From Dickeya solani IPO 2222 (lineage in GTDB: Bacteria; Pseudomonadota; Gammaproteobacteria; Enterobacterales; Enterobacteriaceae), in NCBI RefSeq assembly GCF_001644705.1, contig NZ_CP015137.1:3420001-3452000 (forward strand): a stretch of DNA of 32,000 nt. The letters are read 5' to 3'. The position numbers and the translations under genes were made by a program. Shown here one piece after another: positions 10,994 to 19,794 of the stretch. The notes beneath the pieces are model-generated. The model was not told the origin of the DNA. It saw only the letters and a program-made list of their open reading frames with translations, and made no database searches. The first letter of the stretch is position 1, and each line of letters begins with the position of its first letter.

Positions 10994-13663
10994 TTACTCA
11001 TATTGTTGGCCACCGGGCTGCAGCAATGCTGTGACAAAGCCTTCGATCTGCTGAAGGTTGGTTTCTATCTGCGCACGATCCTGGGTGGTAATAAGCTTTT
11101 CCAGCGCTTCACATAACTGCTTGCCGGGATGAAGATTCAGCATGGCAAAGACACCTTTCAGGCGGTGTGCTGTTTGCGCAAGTGACAAAAAATCGCCGTC
11201 TTGGGTCTCAGTATATAGTCTCTTTAGGTCCTCCGGTACTGTATCAACAAACAAGGAATAGTAGTCACTGTTGCGTAACTGACGGACATAGAAGCCGATA
11301 TCGTCCTGTTCTTCAGGCAGGGTATCGTCCGGAGATGTCTCCAGTTGTTGTTCGATCAGTTTCAGCAGACCTTCCAGTAGTAACTGGCTGATATTGTAGT
11401 TGGTACGCAGGCGGCGATGCCCCAGCGGCACCAGCAGAGTATCGTCACTGGTCACCAGCAAGGTACCGTCGGCCATCCGGCTGGGATTGTCGGTAATAGT
11501 GATTTCCGCATCCTGACTCACCAGTCGTTCGTCATATACCACGACATCAGCACCCCAGTTACTCACCATGCGGCTTACAATGGTGCGTACCTCATCCGAG
11601 GTAATGTTCAGGAGTAGCGTGATGTCGTCCAATAATTTTTCATCTTCTTCCGCAGGCAGCGGGTCCGGCTGCATTTTCAAGGTCAGCACGTACTGGGTGC
11701 CGAGCCCTGGTCGACTGTTGATTTGCAGTTGACCCCCCAGTTTGTTGCAGAGTTGATTGCATAGAAATAGGGTTAATCCGGAATTGTGCCGGAAGCGATC
11801 GGATAGCGGCGTCGTAGCGAACGGGTGCACCAGATTGTCCCGTTCCATACCGGAAATATCGGTGCCGGTATCGCTGATGCGGATCAGCAACTGCTCAGGA
11901 GAATGCACCGAAGGCTCGCAGGACAGGGTGATCTTGCCGTAGTCGGTATTCGTGATGGAGTAATCCAGCAGCAGCGACAGGGTTTTCTTCAGCAATTCGC
12001 TGTCGCCCAGATAGGTCTGGCGCGGGTCGAGCTTGTAGTGATTGAACAGCTTTAGCCCTTTTTGCTGGATGCGCGGCAGCAGTTCCAGCATCAAATCGTC
12101 AATCAGCGTCAGTGGTGAGAACGAGTCATGGACCAGATGCCATTCCACCGTTTCCAGCCGCGCCTGTAGGGCGATGTTTTCCATCAGACGGATGGCGCCG
12201 CTGGTTTCGGCAATCAGTGCCTGAACCGTTTTCTGCTGCTCTGGCGGGTTATCGGTTTTGCGCAGCGTCAGCGCCAACTGGTGTACGGCGGACAACGGTT
12301 GCTTGAACTCCTGGCTCAGGTGGCGGAACAGGCGTTTGCGAACCGAGACGTTTTTGTCGAATTCCCGCTGCGCCAGTTGCAGTTTTTTGGTAATCAATAT
12401 TTCCTGATCCTGTTCGCGCAATAGGAACAGGCACAGTGATGGCGTGTGCTGACTGTGGAAAACGCGCACCTCGTACATCTCATTGTCCACCGTGGCCTGA
12501 ATGACGCCCTGATGTTCCTCCGCCAGCGTGGAGATTTTTTTCAGGCTGAGGTGTGGGTATAACCTTTCCGCCAGCGCGTTCGCCACCATCACTTTGTTAT
12601 TGCTGAAATCGTAAACCAACACCCCTACCGGGATGCGGCTGACGATCTCGCTGTACATCCGTTGCTGTTCTTTCAGGTGGTGTGACAGGTCATCCTTCGG
12701 CCGGGCGTAGTAGCGCCGCAACGCGTAGAACCCCATCAACGAGAGAGACAGCAACGCCAGATTGAGCACAATCACCCAGATATTGTTGCGCAGCATATCG
12801 GTCACCAGCCGGCCCAGCGGAATGGCATACACCAACTTGATCGGTGAGTTCATCAACTGGGCTGAGATTTCCAGCAGCGCGCCTTCGCGGTGAATATCGG
12901 TGGGGATGTCGTTGTCCGCGCTGGCGTCAGCGTTTACCGGCGGTGTCTGCTGGCGCAGCATGAAACTGTCCCGCGACATATTGCGCGGGATCAGATCGTT
13001 GATCGACAAGTCGAACGCAATGACGGTAGCCAGATGCCCAGGCTGATTGAACGTCGTGCGCAGGGTAAAATAATAGTCGTTGTAAAAACGCAGCTTGCGC
13101 AAGGGAGAGAAGCTTTCTCGTTCATCCAGCGTATTCGCCTGCTGTAGCATCTCGGTTTTGCGCGACTCCACCATCGACGAGAGGTAACTGCCGCGGAACT
13201 GTGACGAAATATCTTTCAGCGGCTGGGTGGAAACCATGGTCAGACTGTTGTCCAGCCCGTTGAGGTAGTACATCGAGTAGATATCGGTTTTCGCGCCCCA
13301 CAATACGTCCAGATATTGCGATATCCGGTGCATGGCGCCGAGCGTGGTTTTGTCGTGCGGCCCAAAAATCAAGGCATCCGTTTTGTGGCCGCTTTTCTCG
13401 ACATAAAACACATTCGGCATCAGCGTAATCAGATTGACGTTGGGAGTGTCGGGCTGTGTCGGATCGCTGATCAGCGTTTTGTAGATTTGATCGGTGAAGA
13501 AGCGGTAGGCGTCGATGCGCTTTTGCATTCCTTCCGCAATATCCGTCAGGGCGGATTTTTTCTCCGTCATCCAACTGTTGACGTAGTTATAGCTGTAGGC
13601 GCCGGTCATCAGTAGCAGCAACAGAATAAACAGCAGGAAAAAACGCACGATAGCCGCAGGCAT
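10994..13663 (-). CDS. rcsD: Rcs phosphotransfer intermediate (pseudo-kinase plus Hpt domain)
   Basis: It has two TM segments flanking a periplasmic domain, a degenerate kinase core, and a C-terminal Hpt motif LAQTAHRLKGVFAMLNL. It lies 6 nt upstream of rcsB. I place the start at the ATG at 13663 (MPAAIVRFFLLFILL), which has AGGAG 9 nt upstream. The track start at 13771 would overlap the preceding gene by about 100 nt. Confidence 0.9.
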   Translation of the reverse strand: MPAAIVRFFLLFILLLLLMTGAYSYNYVNSWMTEKKSALTDIAEGMQKRIDAYRFFTDQIYKTLISDPTQPDTPNVNLITLMPNVFYVEKSGHKTDALIFGPHDKTTLGAMHRISQYLDVLWGAKTDIYSMYYLNGLDNSLTMVSTQPLKDISSQFRGSYLSSMVESRKTEMLQQANTLDERESFSPLRKLRFYNDYYFTLRTTFNQPGHLATVIAFDLSINDLIPRNMSRDSFMLRQQTPPVNADASADNDIPTDIHREGALLEISAQLMNSPIKLVYAIPLGRLVTDMLRNNIWVIVLNLALLSLSLMGFYALRRYYARPKDDLSHHLKEQQRMYSEIVSRIPVGVLVYDFSNNKVMVANALAERLYPHLSLKKISTLAEEHQGVIQATVDNEMYEVRVFHSQHTPSLCLFLLREQDQEILITKKLQLAQREFDKNVSVRKRLFRHLSQEFKQPLSAVHQLALTLRKTDNPPEQQKTVQALIAETSGAIRLMENIALQARLETVEWHLVHDSFSPLTLIDDLMLELLPRIQQKGLKLFNHYKLDPRQTYLGDSELLKKTLSLLLDYSITNTDYGKITLSCEPSVHSPEQLLIRISDTGTDISGMERDNLVHPFATTPLSDRFRHNSGLTLFLCNQLCNKLGGQLQINSRPGLGTQYVLTLKMQPDPLPAEEDEKLLDDITLLLNITSDEVRTIVSRMVSNWGADVVVYDERLVSQDAEITITDNPSRMADGTLLVTSDDTLLVPLGHRRLRTNYNISQLLLEGLLKLIEQQLETSPDDTLPEEQDDIGFYVRQLRNSDYYSLFVDTVPEDLKRLYTETQDGDFLSLAQTAHRLKGVFAMLNLHPGKQLCEALEKLITTQDRAQIETNLQQIEGFVTALLQPGGQQYE

Positions 13664-13667
13664 GAAA

Positions 13668-14852
13668 TCAGGCTCCTGATGAACGGGTAAGAGGACGGAT
13701 ACTGAGGCTGACAACCAGCAGCAACAGCGCGACAAGGCCCAGAGCCAGCGACAGGCTGCTCCATTGAGCAATGAAACCGAGCAGCGCCGGACCGGTCAAA
13801 ATACCGGTATAGCCGAGAGTGCTGACTGAAGCAACGGCCAGCCCGGCGGGCATGATCCGCTGTCTACCTGCCGCCGAGAACAGAATCGGCACCACGTTGG
13901 AGGCGCCAAGGCCGACCAGGATAAAACCCGCTATCGCGGTCATCGGGTTATCCACCGCAATCGCCAGCAGCAGGCCCAGTGCGGCGCACAAACTGCCGCC
14001 GGCTGCCATGACGTAGCGCCCCAACTGTTGCGTTAGCCGGTCGCCAGTGAGACGCCCCAGCGTCATGGCGATGGAAAAGGCGGCATAGCCAACGCCCGCC
14101 AGCCGCGAATCAAGCCCGCGTTCGCCGCTGAGAAACAGCGCGCTCCAGTCCAGTATCGCACCTTCCGCCAGAAACATAATGAAGCAAAGCGCGCCGATGG
14201 TCATCACCACGCCGCGTGGCCGTACAAATAGCGGAGAGCGTTCGGCGTGACCCGATCCATGCAACAAATGGCGATGCGTGCCGCACAGCAGCAACAGAAG
14301 GAGCAGAAGCACTATGATGATGATCGCCCACAGCGGCGAGCAGCCAAGCCACAACAGACCGCTGACGCCGCCTGCACCGGCGATGCCGCCGACGCTGTAA
14401 AACCCGTGAAACCCGGACAGCATAGCCCTTTTGCTGGCCTGTTCGACCACCACCGCCTGAATATTCATGGTGACATCCAGCAGACCTATCGCCGCGCCGA
14501 ACAAGAACAGCAACACCGCCATAGCGGGTAATGTGGAAACTTGCGTCAGGGCGGGCAACACCACAAACAACGGCGCTGCCGCGGACAGCATTACCCGGCG
14601 GCATCCCAGGCGCGCACTCAGCACGCCGGCCAGCGGCATGGCGGTCAGTGAGCCGATGGCAATCATCAGCAGCAACATTCCCAGCGAAGCGTCGTTGATG
14701 TCGAGGCGGGACTTGGCGTACGGCACCAGCGGCGCCCAGGCCGATATCGCCGCGCCCGTGATGAAAAACACCGTCCGTGTGGCGAAATGTACCGCTTTGT
14801 CGTCCAGTCGCTGTGACTGGCCAGGCATGGAGGAACTCAAGGTTGAACTCAT
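13668..14852 (-). CDS. MFS transporter, YbjJ-like
   Basis: The 394-aa ORF is hydrophobic throughout with about 12 predicted TM stretches. Motifs FHGFYSVGGIAGAGGV and LGASNVVPILFSAAG resemble remembered E. coli YbjJ (MHGFYSLGTLAGAGVG). No clear SD precedes either the ATG at 14852 or the ATG at 14828, so the start is uncertain. Confidence 0.85.
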   Translation of the reverse strand: MSSTLSSSMPGQSQRLDDKAVHFATRTVFFITGAAISAWAPLVPYAKSRLDINDASLGMLLLMIAIGSLTAMPLAGVLSARLGCRRVMLSAAAPLFVVLPALTQVSTLPAMAVLLFLFGAAIGLLDVTMNIQAVVVEQASKRAMLSGFHGFYSVGGIAGAGGVSGLLWLGCSPLWAIIIIVLLLLLLLLCGTHRHLLHGSGHAERSPLFVRPRGVVMTIGALCFIMFLAEGAILDWSALFLSGERGLDSRLAGVGYAAFSIAMTLGRLTGDRLTQQLGRYVMAAGGSLCAALGLLLAIAVDNPMTAIAGFILVGLGASNVVPILFSAAGRQRIMPAGLAVASVSTLGYTGILTGPALLGFIAQWSSLSLALGLVALLLLVVSLSIRPLTRSSGA

Positions 14853-14979
14853 TGCTGAATAACTATCGTCGTTGAACCTGACAGAGGGGTATTTTTACCA
14901 CAATTGCGGCGTTTTATCGAAAGAGGATGTGCATTGCCGACAGAAAATGCGGGAAGGGTTCCACAATAAGCGCGCAGAT

Positions 14980-15052
14980 AAAAAATGCCGGGACAAGCCC
15001 GGCAATAAGAAGGTAATTTATGATAAAGCGGAATGAAGAATTTGATGATAGC
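14980..15052 (-). ncRNA. micF: micF-like antisense sRNA (candidate)
   Basis: The minus strand reads GCTATCATCAAATTCTTCATTCCGCTTTATCATAAATTACCTTCTTATTGCCGGGCTTGTCCCGGCATTTTTT. The first 10 nt equal the remembered 5' end of E. coli MicF, and a second shared block is CTTTAT..ATTACC. It ends in a 6-bp GC hairpin (gccggg/cccggc) plus T6. TAGAAT lies 7 nt upstream of the first G. It sits upstream of rcsD, as micF does in E. coli. Confidence 0.55.
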
Positions 15053-15350
15053 GAGAGAAATTCTAGAACTGTCGGTCGTAAGAATTTTGTCACTTAATGC
15101 TAATTTCATCGGGTTGCTTTTTCATTCTGTGCGGTGAGCAAGATCAGAAAATATAAACGAGATGACATTATTGTTGATAAAGTAATATCGCCATCCGGCC
15201 GGAGTTATTCGCCAGGCGCCGTGCTGCCTGGTCTGGCGTCCATTAGGCCAGGTATGTCGGCATGACAATACATTACCTGTAATTATCCTTCGTCAAAAAA
15301 TAAAATAAAAAGCGACGAAATTTTTTATACAGTGAATACTTTTTATGGCA

Positions 15351-15548
15351 CATACCCAAAATAATCTGAGTTGCAGGACAAAACGCATTGCGTTTTGAAT
15401 AACGCCACGCGTTGGCCCTTCAGGGCAAGACTCATTATGAGTCTTGTAACGCGGCGACGCAGTGAATCCCCAGGCGCTTACACCAGTAAGTGGCTGGAGT
15501 GAGCGAGGAAAGCCAACGCATCGGCAACGTGAAGTATGACGGGTATAA
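15351..15548. repeat. ERIC (enterobacterial repetitive intergenic consensus / IRU) element, long variant with internal insertions
   Basis: 15462-15483 (gtgaatccccaggcgcttacac) matches the complement of primer ERIC1R at 20/22 positions. 15484-15505 (cagtaagtggctggagtgagcg) matches primer ERIC2 at 19/22; both primers are from memory. The right end ...gaagtatgacgggtata and the left end catacccaaaataatctgagttgcagg form the usual imperfect inverted termini. Extra internal segments include the palindrome aagactcattatgagtctt. Confidence 0.75.
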
Positions 15549-15899
15549 ACCTGCAAATAAAAAGGCATGATAAAGAATAATCTAAACCCTGTTTTTATTG
15601 TGGATTAAGTGTGGGGTTATTTGGCGTCTTGATACCCAAGGCTGGAAAGAAAAATTATCGCAATCGTTTTGGGGTTGCCTGCCGCAATTTGAGATAAATC
15701 ACCCTGGACCTGCTACCGACCTCTGCGCGCGTTATTCAGCTGCGGGCGCGTTCGGTTCGCCGGTGGACGGCCGGGGAAAGGCCCATGCATGGAAATAGCG
15801 TGTGGGCAAGCGGGTTATTCCGGGGTAGATATCAAGCTAATGACTTTTTTTTTGTAGGGATAGCCCCGTATAATTCCCTACTTTCAGTTAGGCTATGGG

Positions 15900-17228
15900 G
15901 TGAATGTGCAGCAATTCTCTGACCTGCTGCGCCAGATGCATCAGGCGCTCAACGAACCCTTGCCTGAGCAGGCGGGCTTTCATGCAGTCACGCTGACCAT
16001 GTCGTTGCAGGACAGCTCGCCGTTGCTGGCGTGGCTGGCTTCGCAGCCCGTTTATCCGCAGTTTTACTGGCAGCATCGTCAGGACGATGAAGAGGCGGCG
16101 GTGTGTGGTCAGGTGCGTGTGTTTGGCGATATCGCGCACGCTGAAGACTTTCTACAACGTCACGATGTGGATGACAGCGTACGTCTCTGGGGGTTGAATG
16201 CGTTTGAACAGCATCCGGTAGCGGAGACCCATCCCGCCGCGTTTCTGTTTCTGCCACGCCTCGCCCTGTTGCGGCAGGGGGCGTTCCTGCGTTTGCGAGT
16301 CAATCTGTGCAGTGAGACCTCGTTGCGCGATGATGCGCGCGACGCACAGGATTTTCTGCGCCGGCTATTGCCGCCGCAGCCGTTGCCGGCGCTGCATACC
16401 CGTATAGATGCTACATGCCATTGTCCGGATCGTCAGCAGTGGGGCGCGTTGTTGCGTCTGGCGCTGGCGGACATTGCAGCTGGGCAGATGGAAAAAGTGG
16501 TGCCGGCCCGAGCCTCGGTTCTGTCACTCGATCGGCCATTGCGGGCGACCACGCTGATGGCGGCCAGCCGGGCGGCCAATTACCGCTGTTATCATTTTAT
16601 GTTGGCTTTCGCGCCGCATCAGGCGTTTCTGGGTTCCAGCCCTGAGCGGCTCTATCGGCGGCGACATACCCGTCTGGAAACGGAAGCGCTGGCCGGAACG
16701 GTAGCCAGCGATCGTGATGATAACAAAGCCGCCGTGCTGGCAGACTGGCTGATGAATGACGTAAAGAACCAGTGTGAGAACATGCTGGTGGTGGACGATA
16801 TCTGCCAACGCCTGCATCAGGCGGCGTTGACGCTGGATGTGATGCCGCCGGAGATCGTCCGCCTACGCAAGGTGCAACATTTGCGGCGAACGATTCAGGC
16901 AACCCTGCGCAGCGGTACGGATAGCGAGTGCTTGCATCTGCTGCAGCCGACCGCTGCGGTGGCCGGGTTGCCGCGCGCCGCCGCGCGTGCGTTTCTGGCC
17001 CGGCATGAGCCGTTTCACCGTGGCTGGTACGCCGGCTCGGCGGGGTATTTGTCGCGTCAGCAGTCTGAATTCAGCGTAGCGTTGCGATCCGCCAGCGTGG
17101 CGGATCGGCAACTGACGCTGTATGCCGGTGCGGGCATTGTGGCGGGATCTGATCCAGAACAAGAATGGCAGGAACTGGAAAACAAGGCCGCCGGACTGAG
17201 GTCGTTGCTGGAAGATGCTATTTCATAG
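15900..17228 (+). CDS. menF: Isochorismate synthase (menaquinone-specific)
   Basis: The 442-aa ORF aligns with remembered E. coli MenF (WLASQPVYPQFYWQHR, FLGSSPERLYRRR, LLQPTAAVAGLPR, YAGAGIVAGSDPEQEWQELENKAAGL). The start is a GTG at 15900, and its exact position is uncertain. Confidence 0.9.
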   Translation: MNVQQFSDLLRQMHQALNEPLPEQAGFHAVTLTMSLQDSSPLLAWLASQPVYPQFYWQHRQDDEEAAVCGQVRVFGDIAHAEDFLQRHDVDDSVRLWGLNAFEQHPVAETHPAAFLFLPRLALLRQGAFLRLRVNLCSETSLRDDARDAQDFLRRLLPPQPLPALHTRIDATCHCPDRQQWGALLRLALADIAAGQMEKVVPARASVLSLDRPLRATTLMAASRAANYRCYHFMLAFAPHQAFLGSSPERLYRRRHTRLETEALAGTVASDRDDNKAAVLADWLMNDVKNQCENMLVVDDICQRLHQAALTLDVMPPEIVRLRKVQHLRRTIQATLRSGTDSECLHLLQPTAAVAGLPRAAARAFLARHEPFHRGWYAGSAGYLSRQQSEFSVALRSASVADRQLTLYAGAGIVAGSDPEQEWQELENKAAGLRSLLEDAIS

Positions 17229-17326
17229 CGCGATTTATTGCCTGTTACTGGTTTACATCAAAGTTGGCCGGATGAAAAAAAATATAATTATTGCCACAAC
17301 CCGCAACCGGAGTTGTTGAGTCGATC

Positions 17327-19003
17327 ATGTCCACACATATTTTTAACCGCCGCTGGGCAACGGTAATCGTTGAGGCGCTCAGCCATCAGGGTGTCCGTCA
17401 TATCTGCATTGCGCCGGGCTCGCGTTCCACACCACTGACGCTGGCGGCTGCCTCGCATCCGGCGCTGGTCTGTCACACCCATTTTGACGAGCGTGGTCTT
17501 GGTCACCTGGCGTTAGGGCTGGCCAAAGCCTCTGGCGAAGCCGTGGCGGTGATAGTGACGTCCGGCACGGCGGCGGCCAATCTCTATCCGGCGATTATTG
17601 AAGCTGGGCTAACCGGCGAGCGGCTGGTGATACTGACGGCGGATCGCCCGCCGGAGCTGATCGACTGCGGTGCCAATCAGGCGATTCGGCAGCCCGGCAT
17701 GTTTGCCTCGCACCCGACATTAACGCTCAATTTACCGCGTCCCACTTGTGATATTCCGGCCCGCTGGCTGGTTTCCGCCCTCGACAACGCCCTGAGCGAG
17801 CTGCGCCACGGCGCGCTACATATCAACTGCCCGTTTGCCGAACCGTTATATGGCGAAGATGATCCGGCTGCCTTTCAGGATTGGCTGCAGGCGCTGGGCG
17901 ACTGGTGGCACCAACCACAGCCGTGGCTGCAGGATGCGCGTGCGACGCCGGTAATAACGATGCAACCGGACTGGCCGCAATGGCGGCAACGGCGCGGCGT
18001 GGTGATCGTTGGACGGGTGCCTGCGCCGGCCGGAGAGCAGATCGCCGCCTGGGCGCGGCAGCTTGGCTGGCCGCTGATGGGCGATGTGCTGTCGCAAACC
18101 GGTCAACCGCTGGCCTGCGCCGATTTGTGGCTTCAGCATCCGCAGGCAGAAACGCTGCGTCAGGCCGAGATCGTGGTGCAGTTTGGCGCCAGCCTGACGG
18201 GCAAACGCCTGCTGCAGTGGCAGGCTGCGGCGACGCCAGACCAATACTGGCTGGTCGATAGCCTGCCGGGGCGGCTTGACCCCGCGCAGCATCGCGGCCG
18301 TCGATTGGTGGCCGGCATTGCCGACTGGCTGGCGGCGCATCCGGCTGTTGCTCAACCTGGTTGGGCGCCAGAGGTGGAAGCCTGTGCGGAACGGGTTATC
18401 CGACAGGTGGCTGCCCGCTTGTCCGGCGGTTTCGGCGAGGCGCAGCTGGCGCATCGCGTCGCCGAGCTGCTGCCGCCGGAAGGGCAGTTTTTCGTCGGCA
18501 ACAGCCTGACGGTCAGGCTGGTGGATGCGTTTGCCCGTCTGCCGGCGGGGTATCCGGTGTACGCCAACCGCGGCGCCAGCGGCATTGACGGCCTGCTGTC
18601 GACGCTAGCGGGCGTACAGCGCGCCAATGTCCGGCCGATGCTTGCCATCGTCGGCGATCTGTCGGCGTTGTATGACCTCAATGGGCTGGCGCTGTTGCGT
18701 CAACCGCCTGCGCCGCTGGTGCTGGTGGTGGTGAACAATGACGGCGGGCAGATTTTTTCGCTATTGCCGACGCCCGAGGCGCAGCGCGAAGCCTTTTACT
18801 GTATGCCGCAGCAGGTGGATTTTCGCCATGCGGCGGCGCTGTTCGGGCTGCGTTACGCGCGGGCGCAGCAATGGTCTGACGTGCAGGACGCGGTAAACGC
18901 CGGGTGGCGGCAGGGCGGCACCACGCTGCTGGAAGTGGTGGTGGAACCCAAAGCCGGCGCCGAAACGCTGCAACGGCTGTCGGCCGAGGTGCCGTCGTGG
19001 TGA
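17327..19003 (+). CDS. menD: SEPHCHC synthase (2-succinyl-5-enolpyruvyl-6-hydroxy-3-cyclohexene-1-carboxylate synthase)
   Basis: From the ATG at 17327 it reads [42 protein letters not shown], matching the E. coli MenD N-terminus (MSVSAFNRRWAAVILEAL...). The ThDP motif region is [17 protein letters not shown]. The track start at 17291 is a TTG extension. Confidence 0.95.
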   Translation: MSTHIFNRRWATVIVEALSHQGVRHICIAPGSRSTPLTLAAASHPALVCHTHFDERGLGHLALGLAKASGEAVAVIVTSGTAAANLYPAIIEAGLTGERLVILTADRPPELIDCGANQAIRQPGMFASHPTLTLNLPRPTCDIPARWLVSALDNALSELRHGALHINCPFAEPLYGEDDPAAFQDWLQALGDWWHQPQPWLQDARATPVITMQPDWPQWRQRRGVVIVGRVPAPAGEQIAAWARQLGWPLMGDVLSQTGQPLACADLWLQHPQAETLRQAEIVVQFGASLTGKRLLQWQAAATPDQYWLVDSLPGRLDPAQHRGRRLVAGIADWLAAHPAVAQPGWAPEVEACAERVIRQVAARLSGGFGEAQLAHRVAELLPPEGQFFVGNSLTVRLVDAFARLPAGYPVYANRGASGIDGLLSTLAGVQRANVRPMLAIVGDLSALYDLNGLALLRQPPAPLVLVVVNNDGGQIFSLLPTPEAQREAFYCMPQQVDFRHAAALFGLRYARAQQWSDVQDAVNAGWRQGGTTLLEVVVEPKAGAETLQRLSAEVPSW

Positions 19004-19794
19004 TGCACTGCCGTCGGGTTGGTCAGTCTCTGCCGGGGCAGCCCTGGCTGGTGATGCTGCATGGCCTGCTCGGCAGTGGCGAAGACTGGCAACCGGTGTT
19101 GCCGTATCTGGCTGACTTGCCATTGCTGCTGGTGGATTTACCCGGGCATGGCGCGTCCCGGTCGTTGCCGGCGGTGGATTTCGCCGACGTGAGCCGACAA
19201 CTGACCGCGCTGCTGGTGCAACAGGCGGTGACCGATTACTGGCTGCTGGGGTATTCGCTGGGCGGGCGTATTGCTATGTATCACGCCTGCCAGGGCGACG
19301 CTGCCGGTTTGCGGGGGCTGCTGGTAGAAGGCGGGCATCCAGGGTTGGCGTCGGCAGGAGAGCGCGACGCACGGCGCCGGCATGATGCCGATTGGGCGCG
19401 GCGTTTTCGCCATGAACCGCTTGATAGCGTGCTGCCGGAATGGTATCAGCAGCCGGTTTTTGCCCGCCTGTCGTTAGCGCAACGCGACCGGTTGATTACC
19501 TTACGGCGCGGCAATCACGGACCGGCGGTCGCCGGCATGCTGGAAGCGACCTCGCTATCCCGCCAACCTTGTCTGGTTGACGCCCTGCGGCAGCTACAGG
19601 TGCCGTTCGGTTACCTCTGCGGCAGTCAGGACACTAAATTTCAGGCGCTGGCCGCACAGCATCGTTTGCCGTTGCTGAGTGTGGACCACGCCGGGCACAA
19701 CGCTCATCAGGCGAATCCGTCGGCGTATGCCGAACGGATTCGTCAGTTTATTTCGCATCCCGAAAGGAAGATTCAATATGCTTTATCCCAGTGA
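19003..19794 (+). CDS. menH: SHCHC synthase (alpha/beta hydrolase)
   Basis: [26 protein letters not shown], the [10 protein letters not shown] nucleophile elbow and GHNAH align with E. coli MenH. The ATG at 19003 overlaps the menD TGA (TGATG). An in-frame GTG start at 18997 is also possible. Confidence 0.85.
   Translation: MHCRRVGQSLPGQPWLVMLHGLLGSGEDWQPVLPYLADLPLLLVDLPGHGASRSLPAVDFADVSRQLTALLVQQAVTDYWLLGYSLGGRIAMYHACQGDAAGLRGLLVEGGHPGLASAGERDARRRHDADWARRFRHEPLDSVLPEWYQQPVFARLSLAQRDRLITLRRGNHGPAVAGMLEATSLSRQPCLVDALRQLQVPFGYLCGSQDTKFQALAAQHRLPLLSVDHAGHNAHQANPSAYAERIRQFISHPERKIQYALSQ

Noticed and set aside
13664-13771. N-terminal extensions proposed by the ORF track: rcsD from 13771, nrdA from 3098, menD from 17291, menH from 18904, menB from 19679, yfaZ from 23121, yfaY from 24001, tesA from 28008 and ybbP from 28425.
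   Set aside because: The extensions have no counterpart in the E. coli orthologues, overlap upstream genes or repeats, and often use non-ATG starts. Internal ATGs with SD sequences align with the known N-termini.
14885-14925. A possible MFS promoter (TCGATA ... TGGTAAAAAT on the minus strand).
   Set aside because: The -10 candidate reads TAAAAA/AAAAAT depending on register, and the -35 matches only 4/6. This is too weak to call without transcription-start data.
15020-15097. A 25-codon plus-strand ORF (MIKRNEEFDDSERNSRTVGRKNFVT) with an AAGAAGG SD-like sequence.
   Set aside because: It is the exact antisense of the micF-like RNA. Its SD and MIKRN start are best explained as the porin-initiation-region mimic inherent to a MicF-type antisense RNA, not as a real gene. 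I see no terminator or promoter for the plus strand.
14849-15109. An 86-aa minus-strand ORF upstream of the MFS gene.
   Set aside because: It runs straight through the hairpin/T6 terminator and the micF-like sequence. It is AT-rich with odd composition, and has no SD and no recognisable homology.
15090-15165. Tiny minus-strand ORFs upstream of the micF-like gene (MSSRLYFLILLTAQNEKATR and MKKQPDEISIK). I considered them as a possible type I toxin.
   Set aside because: There is no SD and no paired antisense/terminator architecture. The hydrophobic stretch is only about 7 residues. They sit where the sRNA promoter should be.
15181-15262. A GC-rich patch with ccagg/cctgg and atccggcc motifs, resembling a REP/BIME element.
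   Set aside because: I could only find short (5-6 bp) imperfect stems and only a faint resemblance to the E. coli REP consensus. That is not enough to call a REP element.
15293-15568. A 91-aa minus-strand ORF, and a 66-aa plus-strand ORF at 15598-15798.
   Set aside because: The first is made almost entirely of the ERIC element plus A/T runs. The second has no SD or homology and lies in the menF upstream region.
15869-15874. TATAAT hexamers upstream of menF (15869-15874) and menD (17283-17288).
   Set aside because: Neither has an acceptable -35 element at 16-19 bp spacing, nor a TG extension. AT-rich context makes chance hexamers likely.
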